Shown in pieces: positions 9,358 through 19,114 of a stretch of DNA of 26,826 bases. This DNA is from a virus (taxonomy: Duplodnaviria > Caudoviricetes). The stretch is from IMG/VR virus record IMGVR_UViG_3300037721_000033, positions 1 through 26,826 of that record; one strand, given 5' to 3'. Numbering within the stretch: the stretch's first letter is position 1; every line of letters begins with the position of its first letter. Both the position numbers and the translations under genes were made by a program. The notes under the pieces were generated by a model. That model was not told where the DNA came from and did not search any database. It saw only the letters and a list, made by a program, of their open reading frames with translations.

Positions 9358-9361
9358 GGCG

Positions 9362-10792
9362 ATGCAGATACCACTATTGAGCGGCATCGTCACTGACGGC
9401 GATGCAGAATTCAGAACTGCGTATCCAGTAAATCTGGTTCCTTGCCCAAAGCAAACGGGAATCTCAAACGGCTATCTGCGCCCCGCAGACGGCATTCTGC
9501 CGCACGCCAGCGGCACCGGCATCGACCGCGGCGGGATCAACTGGAGCGGCTCGCACTACCGCGTACTGGGCACAAGCCTCGTTCTGATCTCGCCCGGCGG
9601 CGCTATCGGCGGATCGCTCGGTACCGTGGCCGGCGTCGACCGGGTGAAGTTCGATTACTCACCGAGCCGGCTCGCCATTGTCGGCGGCGGTAATGCCTAC
9701 TACTACGATGGATCGACCTTCACGCAGGTCACAGACCCTGACCTGGGTACCGTCTTCGATGTCATCTATATCGACGGCTTCTTCATGTTCACGGACGGCG
9801 AGTTCCTCATCGTTACCGAGCTCGTAGACCCGACGCAGGTCGACCCGCTCAAGTACGGCACGGCTGAGACTGACCCGGATGCGATTCGGTCCATCCACAA
9901 GATCCGCAACGAGCCGAACGCGGTGGGCCGCTACACCATCGAGACGTATGAAAACGTCGGTGGCAGCAACTTTCCATATCAGCGCATCGAGGGCGCGCGC
10001 GTGAGCCGCGGCGCGATCGGTCGCAACTGCGCGTGCGTGTTTGGTGACGAGAATAGCGCTGACGCAGCGATTGCGTTCCTGGGTTCGGGTCTCAAGGAGC
10101 CACCATCGGTTTACCTGGGCAGCAATGCCGCCTCCCGGCGCATCGCCACGCGCGAGATTGATACCCTGTTGCAGACCTATTCGGAGGCGGAGCTGTCGAC
10201 CAGTGTCGTAGAGTCCCGTTTCGATAAGGGGCACCAGCATCTGCTGATACACCTGCCTGACCGGACGATCGTCTATGACGCCGCCGCGTCCGCGGCAGCC
10301 GAAGAGCCGGTGTGGTTTACGCTCACCTCGACGCTCGGGGGGTTCGAGCCGTACCGCGGCCGGAATCTGGTGTGGGTGCACGACAAGTGGATCGTTGGCG
10401 ATCCGCTCGAGGAGCGCTTGGGCGAGCTCACGCTCTCGGTGTCGTCGCACTATGGCGCTGATGTGCGCTGGGAGTTCGCCACCCTGATGGTCTACAACCA
10501 AGGCGCATCAGGCCAGGTCCATGAGCTGGAGCTGGTGGCCCTCACTGGGCGTACGGCGTTCGGTGTTGACCCCTACATCGCGACCTCATACAGCAAAGAC
10601 GGGCTGTCCTGGAGTCAGGATCGTCCCATCAAGGTGGGCGCCCGCGGCGAGCGGGACAAGCGCCTTGTGTGGCGTCAGCAGGGCACGATCGGGCACTTTC
10701 GGGTTCAGCGCTTCCGCGGGGACTCGCAGTCCTTTGCCAGCTTTGCGCGCCTCGAAGCACAGATCGAGCCGCTCGCCTTCGCGACACCCTGA
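9362..10792 (+). CDS. Tail hub / DNA stabilization protein, P22 gp10-like
   Basis: 476 aa. PVNL-P-PK...NGYLRP, AETDPD, TIE...N.G, HQHLLIHLP--T-VYD, S-DG--W motifs. Confidence 0.92.
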   Translation: MQIPLLSGIVTDGDAEFRTAYPVNLVPCPKQTGISNGYLRPADGILPHASGTGIDRGGINWSGSHYRVLGTSLVLISPGGAIGGSLGTVAGVDRVKFDYSPSRLAIVGGGNAYYYDGSTFTQVTDPDLGTVFDVIYIDGFFMFTDGEFLIVTELVDPTQVDPLKYGTAETDPDAIRSIHKIRNEPNAVGRYTIETYENVGGSNFPYQRIEGARVSRGAIGRNCACVFGDENSADAAIAFLGSGLKEPPSVYLGSNAASRRIATREIDTLLQTYSEAELSTSVVESRFDKGHQHLLIHLPDRTIVYDAAASAAAEEPVWFTLTSTLGGFEPYRGRNLVWVHDKWIVGDPLEERLGELTLSVSSHYGADVRWEFATLMVYNQGASGQVHELELVALTGRTAFGVDPYIATSYSKDGLSWSQDRPIKVGARGERDKRLVWRQQGTIGHFRVQRFRGDSQSFASFARLEAQIEPLAFATP

Positions 10793-11814
10793 TGCCAGAT
10801 CGTAAGCCGCTACGACGAGACAAGCTCGAGTCCTTCCTCGGGGACCGGCGCTCCATCATCAAGATGGAGCAGATGATGAACAACGTCGAGGTATTGATAC
10901 CCGCGCAGATGTCAGATCTGGTCCGCAAGGACACGCTGCTGGCCCGCGGGGATCTGTTTGTGCGCGGTCCGACCGATGTGCAGCGCCTGGTGCTGGGTAG
11001 CGTCGGTCAGCTGCTACGCTCAAACGGGACCGATGCGCTGTGGACGTCCATCTCCCCGACGATTAGCTTGGGGACCGACCTTACCGGGTCGCTTACACTC
11101 ACCGATCTGGCGGGCGGCACGCTCAATGCCACCCTGGTCAACGATTCGGTGGGGAATTCGAAGCTGCGGGACAGCGCCGCGCTTTCGGTCATCGGTAGGT
11201 CGGCGAACAGCGCCGGGGATCCGGCTGACATCGCTGCGGCCAATGATGGCGAGGTATTGCGACGCAATGGCACTGCCGTTGGATTCGGCACGGTAGCCAC
11301 GGCCGGAATTACGAACGATGCGGTGACCAACGCTAAGCTCGCGGACATGGTCCAGGACACCATCAAGGGCCGCACCTCGGGTGCTGGCACAGGTGATCCG
11401 GTGGACCTCACTGCGACCCAGGTGGCCACAATCATCTCGAGCGCGATCGCCACAGCGCTGACCCTGCCGGTGGTCGCCTCGTACACCCCGACGTTGACCA
11501 ACGTCACCAACGTATCGGCCAGCACCGCCAACCTCTCGTACTACATTCGGCTGAGAGACATGGTGTTCGTCTGGGGCTTCCTGGCGGGGGACGCAACCGC
11601 CGCCGGCGCCGCGGAGATCGGCATCAGCCTTCCCGTGGCGTCAAACTTCACCGGGCCTGCGGATCTGATAGGCATTGCCTCAACGATTTCGGTGGCCGGC
11701 CAGGTCGCAGGCATCCTGGCGGACGTCACCAACGACAGGGCGCGTCTGATCTGGATCGCGGTCGACCTTGCCAACAACAACATGTTTTATCTATTCGCGT
11801 ATCGGGTGATCTGA
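10792..11814 (+). CDS. Tail needle/fibre-like protein (in the P22 gp26 position)
   Basis: The start overlaps the gp10-like stop (TGATG). Two NDxVxNxKL...GR...GDP fibre repeats and a C-terminal YTPT...Y.R..DMV...SLPVAS beta domain. Confidence 0.7.
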   Translation: MPDRKPLRRDKLESFLGDRRSIIKMEQMMNNVEVLIPAQMSDLVRKDTLLARGDLFVRGPTDVQRLVLGSVGQLLRSNGTDALWTSISPTISLGTDLTGSLTLTDLAGGTLNATLVNDSVGNSKLRDSAALSVIGRSANSAGDPADIAAANDGEVLRRNGTAVGFGTVATAGITNDAVTNAKLADMVQDTIKGRTSGAGTGDPVDLTATQVATIISSAIATALTLPVVASYTPTLTNVTNVSASTANLSYYIRLRDMVFVWGFLAGDATAAGAAEIGISLPVASNFTGPADLIGIASTISVAGQVAGILADVTNDRARLIWIAVDLANNNMFYLFAYRVI

Positions 11815-11888
11815 TAGGCTTCCGCCTTAGCTGAGCGCCTTCACGGCACCCTACGCATCCAGCGGCGATTCCGATCGGAGTCATCCGC

Positions 11889-12260
11889 TTGAGTTCAGCC
11901 GAACCCCTCATTGATATCCCAGCCTTGCGCGCCCAGATGGAAGGGCACGAGCAGGTGCATTGCCCGTCCACCCATGAATTCCAGGACGGCTATTACCTCC
12001 GCCAGACCTTCATCCCAGCGGGCACGCTGGTGGTGGGCCGCAAGCACCGCAAAGACACTGTCAACATGCTGCTCTCGGGCCGCGTGGTACTGATCATGCC
12101 CAGCGGATCGACGGTTGCGCTTACGGCGCCAGAGTCTTTCATCAGCCCGGCAGGTGAGCAGAAGGTTGCGTTCACACTGACCGATATCCTATGCGCCAAC
12201 ATATTCCAGGCCGAAGCCACGACTGTCGAAGCAGTAGAAGATGAGGTATTCGAGCGATGA
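11889..12260 (+). CDS. Hypothetical cupin-like protein
   Basis: H-F-DG-Y-RQ--IPAG--VVG-KH pattern recurrent in this position in podophage tail operons; TTG start is uncertain. Confidence 0.7.
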   Translation: MSSAEPLIDIPALRAQMEGHEQVHCPSTHEFQDGYYLRQTFIPAGTLVVGRKHRKDTVNMLLSGRVVLIMPSGSTVALTAPESFISPAGEQKVAFTLTDILCANIFQAEATTVEAVEDEVFER

Positions 12261-12895
12261 GCGGTATCGCAACCGCTGTAACAGCGGGCGTTGTGGGCGT
12301 GGCCGGCGCAGTAGCGCAGGACCGAGCAGGGTCCAGGGCCGCTAGCGCTCAGAACAGGGCGAGCCGAGACGCAATCGCCAACGAGAAGGATCAGTTCGCT
12401 CAGATCCAGCAACTGCTAGCCCCTTACGTCGAGGCGGGGGACAAATCCACTGAGGCGCAGCTAGCGCTGCTGGGTCTACTCGGGGACGGGGAGCAGCGAA
12501 AGTCCATCCTGAACGTGCAGAACGGTTTTGAGTATCAGACCCTACTCAAACAGGGGGAGGAAGCAATCCTGCAGAACGCCTCCGCTACCGGCGGGCTGCG
12601 CGGTGGCAACACACAGAAGGCTCTCAGTGAATTCCGCCCGCAGCTGCTCAATCAGCTGATCAACGAACGCTTCGGCAAGCTGGGCGACCTTGCTGGTCGG
12701 GGCCAGGCGGCCGCGGCTGGTCAGGCGAACCTTCAGGGCCAGTCCTCCGCAAACGTTAGTCAATTGCTGGGATCGATTGGACAAGCGAACGCCGGCCGTG
12801 CGATCGCGGGCGGTAATGCGATCGCTAGCGGGCTTGGCGCCGCTGGCGATGCCGTGGGTACTTTCCAGACTCTCAAGCTGCTGAAGTCATTCTAA
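12257..12895 (+). CDS. DNA ejection (transfer) protein, P22 gp7-like
   Basis: Gly/Ala-rich hydrophobic N-terminus, LAPYVEAG, QNASATGGLRGGNTQ. Confidence 0.85.
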   Translation: MSGIATAVTAGVVGVAGAVAQDRAGSRAASAQNRASRDAIANEKDQFAQIQQLLAPYVEAGDKSTEAQLALLGLLGDGEQRKSILNVQNGFEYQTLLKQGEEAILQNASATGGLRGGNTQKALSEFRPQLLNQLINERFGKLGDLAGRGQAAAAGQANLQGQSSANVSQLLGSIGQANAGRAIAGGNAIASGLGAAGDAVGTFQTLKLLKSF

Positions 12896-14202
12896 TGCCA
12901 CAACCATTCGATTACAGCTTGAGCGTGCCGAATCCGGCATCGAGCCTCACGCAGGGCATCCAGAAGGGCTTGGGGCTTGCGCAGGGCCTGACACAGGTGA
13001 GGCAAGTCAAGGCCGACGCCACTGCAGCCGCACAGGCCAATGAGCGCCGCGCTGCCTTCAATGCGGACCTGTCCAAGATCTCGTCTGCACCGACTGCTGC
13101 CGGCTATGCGTCACTGTCTGCGCGATATCCGGAGTTCGGCAAGGTCCTGAAAGAGAGCTATGACGTTCTCGGCGCTGAGGAGCAAAAGCAGAACCTCTCA
13201 GACGCCTCCTCGGTCTACTCCGCGCTGTCGGCGGATGAGACTGAGTTTGCCGAAGAGCTATTGACCAAGCAGGCCGAGGCGCTGCGCAGCGGCGGGCGTG
13301 AGAAAGAAGCCAAGGCGCGCGAAGATCTGGCAAAGCTGGTGAAGCTCAGCCCGGAGACGGCGCGCACCACGGCGGGGCTGTATTTGTCGACGGTGATGGG
13401 GCCGGAGAAATTCGTCGAGGGCTTCAGCAAGCTGGAGAGCGATAGGCGCGCGCGGGATCTGGAGGGAGCGACGCTGACTGAGGCGGAAGCCAAGGCGGAG
13501 AAGGCCGCGGTAGGTGCGAAGTACGCAGAGAGCGAGGCGGTCATCGAGCTCCAGAAGAAGGGCTATGACATCGAGAAGATCAAAAACGACATCGTAGTCT
13601 CTCGGGAGAATTCGCGGCTTGCCGCCATCAATGCCGCCATCGCCAAGGAGAACAGCCAAGTACGCAGGGAGGCGCTCGAAATAAAGCGTGAGCAGTACGC
13701 CGCGCAGCGCGACGAGAAGATCCGAGAGCGGGTCGCTAACGCAGATGCAGCGCGTGGTCAGGTGGACAATTTCCTGGACACGGCCGACAGAGCCCTGAAG
13801 ACATCACTGGATGTCGTTGGCAACGCCACCGGCCCGATCGACAAGCGCTTGCCTACGCTGCGCCAGTCTACAGCCGACTTCGAAGAGCTCATCAACACGC
13901 TCGGCTCTCAGGCGTTTCTTGCGCAGGTCCCAAACCTCAAGGGCATGGGGGCACTATCCAATGCCGAGGGCGAAAAGCTGCAGTCGGCTTTGCAGAACCT
14001 GTCGCTGCGGCAGAGCCCGGCGCGCCTGCTGAACAACTTGCGCGAGGCGCAGCGACTATTGCTCAAGGCTCGCGCCAACATCTCCACACGCTTTGGCGTG
14101 CCGGAGAACGTGCCGGATACGCCGAGTGCCGATCCCGAGGATCGTGAGCTGAATGCCCTGTTGGACGAGTACGGCGCCGGGGAACTCAGTGGCAACCCGT
14201 GA
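12895..14202 (+). CDS. DNA ejection protein, P22 gp20-like
   Basis: Helical Ala/Glu/Gln-rich sequence; C-terminal FLAQV--LKGMGALSNAEGEKL; second gene of the ejection trio. Confidence 0.8.
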   Translation: MPQPFDYSLSVPNPASSLTQGIQKGLGLAQGLTQVRQVKADATAAAQANERRAAFNADLSKISSAPTAAGYASLSARYPEFGKVLKESYDVLGAEEQKQNLSDASSVYSALSADETEFAEELLTKQAEALRSGGREKEAKAREDLAKLVKLSPETARTTAGLYLSTVMGPEKFVEGFSKLESDRRARDLEGATLTEAEAKAEKAAVGAKYAESEAVIELQKKGYDIEKIKNDIVVSRENSRLAAINAAIAKENSQVRREALEIKREQYAAQRDEKIRERVANADAARGQVDNFLDTADRALKTSLDVVGNATGPIDKRLPTLRQSTADFEELINTLGSQAFLAQVPNLKGMGALSNAEGEKLQSALQNLSLRQSPARLLNNLREAQRLLLKARANISTRFGVPENVPDTPSADPEDRELNALLDEYGAGELSGNP

Positions 14203-16057
14203 GCAGATAGGGCTCGCGCTGAAGCGCGCTGCTGCCGCGGGTGACCAGGAGGGGGCTCGCAGGCTGGCGGCCGCCTATCAGAAGGCCGACGGAAAGTTGT
14301 ACCTGGGTGCTCTCCCGGGCATGGCTACCGATCCCTCCACCTTCCGAGCTCCGCTTGAGGAGCCCAAGCCAATCGATCCGCTGGGCGAGGCCGCCGGCGC
14401 GCTGGAGACCGGCGCGACGCTCGCCACGGGTATGACCACCGGTACCGCTGGCATGATCGGCGGCATGCTCAAGGGCATGGCTGAGCAGATCCTGCGTGGA
14501 GACTTTGGCACGCCACAGGCCTCTGACCTCATTGCCAAGAGCGCGCAGGAGGGCGCAGAGGCGCTCACGTACGCACCGCGCAGCGAGGCCGGCCAGCGCA
14601 ATGTCGGCGCCATTGGCGAGGCAGCGCAGAGCCTGGCGCCATTGATTGCAGTCACGCCGGTAGAGGGTGCGCTTGCAGCGTCCAGCCTGGGCAAGGCTGT
14701 GGCACCGGCGGCCAGCGTAGCGCGCTCCAAAGTGGGCGAGGCCGCAAAGTCCGTGCGCGCGGCAATCACGCCTGACGCTCCGCCGGCATCCGGTGCCGGA
14801 CCGCGTAGCGCAGGCGCTGCAGAGGCCGGCGCAGCTTTGATTCGCGAGACCAACGCGTCACAATTGCCTGTTCCAATCAAGCTGACGAGAGGGCAGAAAA
14901 CACGTGAATTCTCGGATGTGCAGTTTGAGAGAGAGGCGGCGAAGAATGCCAAGGTCGGCGCCCCGCTGCGAGAGCGTTACGACACGCAGCGCGCGCAGCT
15001 CGTGCAAAACATCGACGCTTTCGTCGACGGAACAGGCGGTATTGCGCCGGATCTACGCAGCGTTGGCCTGAGCGTCGAGAAGGGACTACGCGTCAAGGCA
15101 GTCCGTGACAAGCGCCGCATCCGAACGCTGTACAAGGAGGCCGAGAAGCGCGGCGAGCTCGATGCGCCGGTGCAGCTCGATGGCCTCGTCAAGCACCTGA
15201 ATGACTCCAGATCGTTGGAGGGGACGGCCAAGAACCTGCCCGCGGTACGCAAGGAGTTGCTCAGGCTCGGCGCTGCAGCCGAGGACGCAAACGGCAACCT
15301 GACTGCACAGCCCGTCTCGCTCAAGGATGGCGAGTTGCTGCGCAAGTTCGTCAACAAGGCGACCGGCAACGATAAGACGGAGCAATTTCAGGCCGTCGAA
15401 ATCAAAAAAGCCTACGACGCCGACACGGCGGGAGCCGGCGGGCAGCTGTACCAGAAGGCGCGCAAGGCGTACTCCAAGTACCAGGACGATTTCCAAGGCC
15501 AGTTGACCGTCAAGAACATCCTGGGCACAAAGCGCGGCGGGAAAGACCGCCAACTCGCCTACGAGGACGTGTTGAATCGCTCTGTGCTCGCGCCATCCGC
15601 CTCGCTGGACCAGGTGGAGGGCATGTTTCGGCTGCTCGAGAAGAGCACCGCCGGTAAGCAGGCCGTGGCCGACATAAAAGCCGGCGTGCTTGAGCACCTG
15701 AAGACGCAGGCTACCAAGAATGTCGGCACCGACAGCGCCGGCAACAAGCTTTTCAGCGCCGCGGGCTTCGATAAGGCAGTCAAGCAGCTGGATTCCAGCG
15801 GCAAACTCGACTTCGTGTTCGGCAAGAAGGGCGCCGAGCAGTTGCGTACGCTCAACGAGATCTCCCAAGACGTTCTCACCGTCCCGCCCGGCACTGTGAA
15901 CACCAGTAACACCGCCAGTGCGCTGGCCGCGCTCGCGGATATCACGCTCTCCGCCGGTACCGGCATCCCGGCGCCCATCGTGAGCGCAATCAAGATACTC
16001 AGGACCCAAGTGAAAGACGCGAAGCTGAAAAAGCGCCTGGATGACTCACTCCAATGA
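14189..16057 (+). CDS. DNA ejection protein, P22 gp16 position
   Basis: About 622 aa helical protein, third ejection gene. Probable GTG start at 14189 (ATREQIGLALKRAAAAGD). Confidence 0.7.
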   Translation: MATREQIGLALKRAAAAGDQEGARRLAAAYQKADGKLYLGALPGMATDPSTFRAPLEEPKPIDPLGEAAGALETGATLATGMTTGTAGMIGGMLKGMAEQILRGDFGTPQASDLIAKSAQEGAEALTYAPRSEAGQRNVGAIGEAAQSLAPLIAVTPVEGALAASSLGKAVAPAASVARSKVGEAAKSVRAAITPDAPPASGAGPRSAGAAEAGAALIRETNASQLPVPIKLTRGQKTREFSDVQFEREAAKNAKVGAPLRERYDTQRAQLVQNIDAFVDGTGGIAPDLRSVGLSVEKGLRVKAVRDKRRIRTLYKEAEKRGELDAPVQLDGLVKHLNDSRSLEGTAKNLPAVRKELLRLGAAAEDANGNLTAQPVSLKDGELLRKFVNKATGNDKTEQFQAVEIKKAYDADTAGAGGQLYQKARKAYSKYQDDFQGQLTVKNILGTKRGGKDRQLAYEDVLNRSVLAPSASLDQVEGMFRLLEKSTAGKQAVADIKAGVLEHLKTQATKNVGTDSAGNKLFSAAGFDKAVKQLDSSGKLDFVFGKKGAEQLRTLNEISQDVLTVPPGTVNTSNTASALAALADITLSAGTGIPAPIVSAIKILRTQVKDAKLKKRLDDSLQ

Positions 16058-18087
16058 GCGAAGTGCTAAACCCGTATCCGCTTTTCTTTGCTCGCAACGG
16101 CGAGCCGCTCGATTCGGGCGATGTGTACATCGGCTCGGACGGGCAGAACCCGCAAAGCAATCCCGTCGATGTTTTCTTCGATGAGGCCATGACTGCGCCC
16201 GCCTTCCAGCCCATCAAGACTATGGGCGGGTACCCGATGAACCGCGGCACGCCGGCGCGGCTCTTTGTAGCCGCCAGCAGCTATTCCGTCCTGGTAAGAG
16301 ATCGCGCGGGCGCGCTGGTGTGGTCTGCGCTGTCGGTCACCTCGATACCAGAATTCACGCAGCAGTTCATTGCGCAACTGCTCACCCCGCAGACGCTTGC
16401 AGAGGACGCCGCCAGCGTCACGCCCGTGAACTACGCGCTGCCCGAAGGCCACGTCGAGCGCTACTTGGCATGGTCCAGCTCCAGCACCGACTTCACCACC
16501 GCTTTCCAATCAGTCGCCGCAGTCGCGCGCAACAAGCCGGGCCTCACGATCACGTTCACGCATGGTCGGACCTACGCCGTATGGCCGCTGGGCACCGGCT
16601 CGACACTGTTCGATCTCAGCTCAGCGCGCGGGGTGACGGTTGAGGGCAATGATGCACTGATCAGCGCCGGCAGCGTCAGCGCATCGATTCTCGATGTCTT
16701 CGATATCAAGGGCGCGGAAGGAATCATCGTTCGCAACCTTCGCCTTACGCAGAGCTACGCGACATTGGATGCCAACAACGGCAGCCGGTTTTTCAGGATC
16801 CGTCAGGGGTCGAGTCGCATCCTGCTGGAGAATATCCAGCAGACCAATGGGCTGTACGGGATTGGAGTGTTTGGTGAACTGACCTCGGACGGGCCGCGGT
16901 CCAACTGCATCAATGCGATGAATTGCGTGTTCAGCAATGTGTTCTATCCGCAGAATTTCCAGGTCAGCGGTGACAACTACTTCGCCAGGGGAATACGCGC
17001 CATCGGCTGCGGGCGGTCGTACTTCCCGTACAACGTCCACAGTCATGACGTGGAGCTGACTTCGCAGCACGGCGGGCAATTCGACGACTGTTTGCTGAAG
17101 GTGTTCTGCGATCCGGCTCTCAGCTACAACAAGCTGGAGCACATAAAGCTCAAGTATTGGTCTGATGGCCGATTCGCCACAGCCTCGAATCAGGGCGTTG
17201 GACAGTCATTGGTGAGCTTCGATCTGCAGCAAAACACAGCCGTCTCGACGCCCGGACAGATCAACGACGTTCAGATCACGGTGACGCACGAGCCACAGGC
17301 TAGCCCGACCACGGACAGGCTCGTGATATTCCGCAAGTTCACCTCTGCCGGCACGGCGGACACTACAGCGCGCGGGCATATCATCTCCAACATCAAGATC
17401 AGCGGTAGCGTGAGGAGTTGGCAGAACGCGACCGGGCCATGCATCGATCTGTTTAACACAACCGAGGGTTTTACGTGGACAGGAGATGCCGCGCTGAACA
17501 TCCTCATTGAGAACTTTTATGCCGTAAGCAGCAACGCCGCTCAGGTTGCCATCCAGATCAATGGCCAGCCCTTCGGGTCCGGCAGCGGCGTGATACTCCA
17601 CAACGTCATGACAGAGATGCGGGTTGACCGCGCGAACTGGAACGAGCAAAAAGCATTTGAGGCAATCAATGTTAGCTCTGCAACTGTCGTGGCGCGCGGC
17701 GCCTACGACAGTTACACGCCGGTATGGTCAGGATCTGGAGGAGCCGCAACGCTGGGCAATGGCGCCATATTCGGTCGCTTCACTCGGCGTGGCGATCGAG
17801 TTACAGGGTACGTCCAACTCACCATTGGCAGCACCTCGTCTGCCGGCGCGGGCAACATGCAGTTCTCGCTTCCGGTGGCTTCCGCAAGCGGCGAGGGTGA
17901 TCAGCTGGGATCTGCGGTGCTATTGGATACCGGCGCTCAGTTTTATGTTGGCACGAGCTACATCGCCGATGCAGCGAGCGTCGCAAACATCGTCTCGAAC
18001 ACGGCATTTGTGACCGGTACTGCGCCTTTCACGATCGCCAATGGCGATGTGTACCGGCTCAACTTCGACTACATCTGCGCGCCGTGA
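16054..18087 (+). CDS. Tailspike / receptor-binding protein
   Basis: N-terminal P22-type head-binding domain (F..RNGEPL.SG.VYIG....NP...QPIKT..GYP), then T.AFQ followed by a beta-helix-like region and a C-terminal beta domain. Confidence 0.88.
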   Translation: MSEVLNPYPLFFARNGEPLDSGDVYIGSDGQNPQSNPVDVFFDEAMTAPAFQPIKTMGGYPMNRGTPARLFVAASSYSVLVRDRAGALVWSALSVTSIPEFTQQFIAQLLTPQTLAEDAASVTPVNYALPEGHVERYLAWSSSSTDFTTAFQSVAAVARNKPGLTITFTHGRTYAVWPLGTGSTLFDLSSARGVTVEGNDALISAGSVSASILDVFDIKGAEGIIVRNLRLTQSYATLDANNGSRFFRIRQGSSRILLENIQQTNGLYGIGVFGELTSDGPRSNCINAMNCVFSNVFYPQNFQVSGDNYFARGIRAIGCGRSYFPYNVHSHDVELTSQHGGQFDDCLLKVFCDPALSYNKLEHIKLKYWSDGRFATASNQGVGQSLVSFDLQQNTAVSTPGQINDVQITVTHEPQASPTTDRLVIFRKFTSAGTADTTARGHIISNIKISGSVRSWQNATGPCIDLFNTTEGFTWTGDAALNILIENFYAVSSNAAQVAIQINGQPFGSGSGVILHNVMTEMRVDRANWNEQKAFEAINVSSATVVARGAYDSYTPVWSGSGGAATLGNGAIFGRFTRRGDRVTGYVQLTIGSTSSAGAGNMQFSLPVASASGEGDQLGSAVLLDTGAQFYVGTSYIADAASVANIVSNTAFVTGTAPFTIANGDVYRLNFDYICAP

Positions 18088-18770
18088 CGACCAAATACAA
18101 CCCGGCCGCGGAAGGTGCGGTACAGCCAGCCAGACAAGGGCATGCGCGCCAGCATGCGCAGCGCTCGCTGCGGGCTGTGCGGCAGGTAGTGGCGCTCGAC
18201 AAAAATGCACGCACCAAGATGCCGGGTGAAGTAAGCGCGGATCTTCCCGCGGCTCGGGTAGTGTGTGTTGGCCATCAGGTAATCACGGTCCCTGCGGGCC
18301 ACCTCGGCCGCGCTCATGCCGCGCTGGAATGCATTGCGCACGCCCAGCGCAGCCCACAGGCGCAGCCAGCCCGGCGCACGAATGATCGTGCCCAGCGGCA
18401 TCCACGTATGCGGCTCGATCGGCATCAGCCGCGAGGGGAACAGGTGCAGGAATACGCCACCGGGCCGCAGCACGCGGCGCATCTCGGCCAGTGCGGCGTC
18501 GTAGTCCATGACGTGCTCGAGCACCTGGTCGCTCACCACGCAGTCGAAATGCGCATCTGGGTAGGGCAGGCGGTACGGCGTCTCGATGGTCGAGCAGTGA
18601 TTCCCGGCCAGCTCGGCCGCGAAGTCGCAGCCATAGGCCTCGTAGCCCGCGGCGCGCGCCTGCCGCACCAACTCGCCGCGGCCACAGCCGAAGTCGAGCA
18701 CCCGCGAGCCCTTCGCCGGCATAGCGTCGAGATCGGCGAGTACGGCGAGGTACCGGTGGAATTCGTCCAT
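18069..18770 (-). CDS. Class I SAM-dependent methyltransferase (Methyltransf_11-like)
   Basis: RVLDFGCGRG, YGCD, LPYPDAHFDCVVSDQVLEHV, EMRRVLRPGG. RBS AAGGAG precedes the ATG at 18770. Confidence 0.92.
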   Translation of the reverse strand: MDEFHRYLAVLADLDAMPAKGSRVLDFGCGRGELVRQARAAGYEAYGCDFAAELAGNHCSTIETPYRLPYPDAHFDCVVSDQVLEHVMDYDAALAEMRRVLRPGGVFLHLFPSRLMPIEPHTWMPLGTIIRAPGWLRLWAALGVRNAFQRGMSAAEVARRDRDYLMANTHYPSRGKIRAYFTRHLGACIFVERHYLPHSPQRALRMLARMPLSGWLYRTFRGRVVFGRHGAQM

Positions 18771-18814
18771 GAGGGCTCCTTCTGGGCTGGCGAGCATAGC
18801 CAGGCAGGTGCCCG

Positions 18815-19114
18815 ATGACCACCCCCGACACCCGCCCCGCGATCACGGAAGAGCAACTGCAGCGCTTGGTGCAGTCGATAGAGCGCATGCGCTCCGAGGG
18901 AAACGTGAGCTTGACTGATCCGCGCGTGTCCCAGGTGCAGACGTGGATTCTCGGGCTGGTCGGCATGGGCTTGATCGCCGCCGGCTGCTGGGTGGCGCAG
19001 AGCATCAGCACCCTGAGCTCCACCGTCGCCGCCTCGGTGCAGCGTCTCGACCAGTACGGCACCACGCTCGAGGACCACGAGCAGCGACTCAGGGATCAGG
19101 AGCGAAAGCCATGA
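18815..19114 (+). CDS. Single-TM protein with C-terminal coiled coil (lysis cassette)
   Basis: TM segment WILGLVGMGLIAAGCWVA; C-terminal LEDHEQRLRDQE. Confidence 0.7.
   Translation: MTTPDTRPAITEEQLQRLVQSIERMRSEGNVSLTDPRVSQVQTWILGLVGMGLIAAGCWVAQSISTLSSTVAASVQRLDQYGTTLEDHEQRLRDQERKP

Noticed and set aside
1699-16009. Long minus-strand ORFs opposite the structural genes (e.g. 1699-2469, 6329-7477, 9659-10501, 15086-16009)
   Set aside because: Antisense shadows of well-supported GC-rich genes, with no motifs or RBS.
18069-18770. DNA methyltransferase of a restriction-modification system
   Set aside because: It lacks DNA-methyltransferase catalytic motifs and has no adjacent restriction enzyme.
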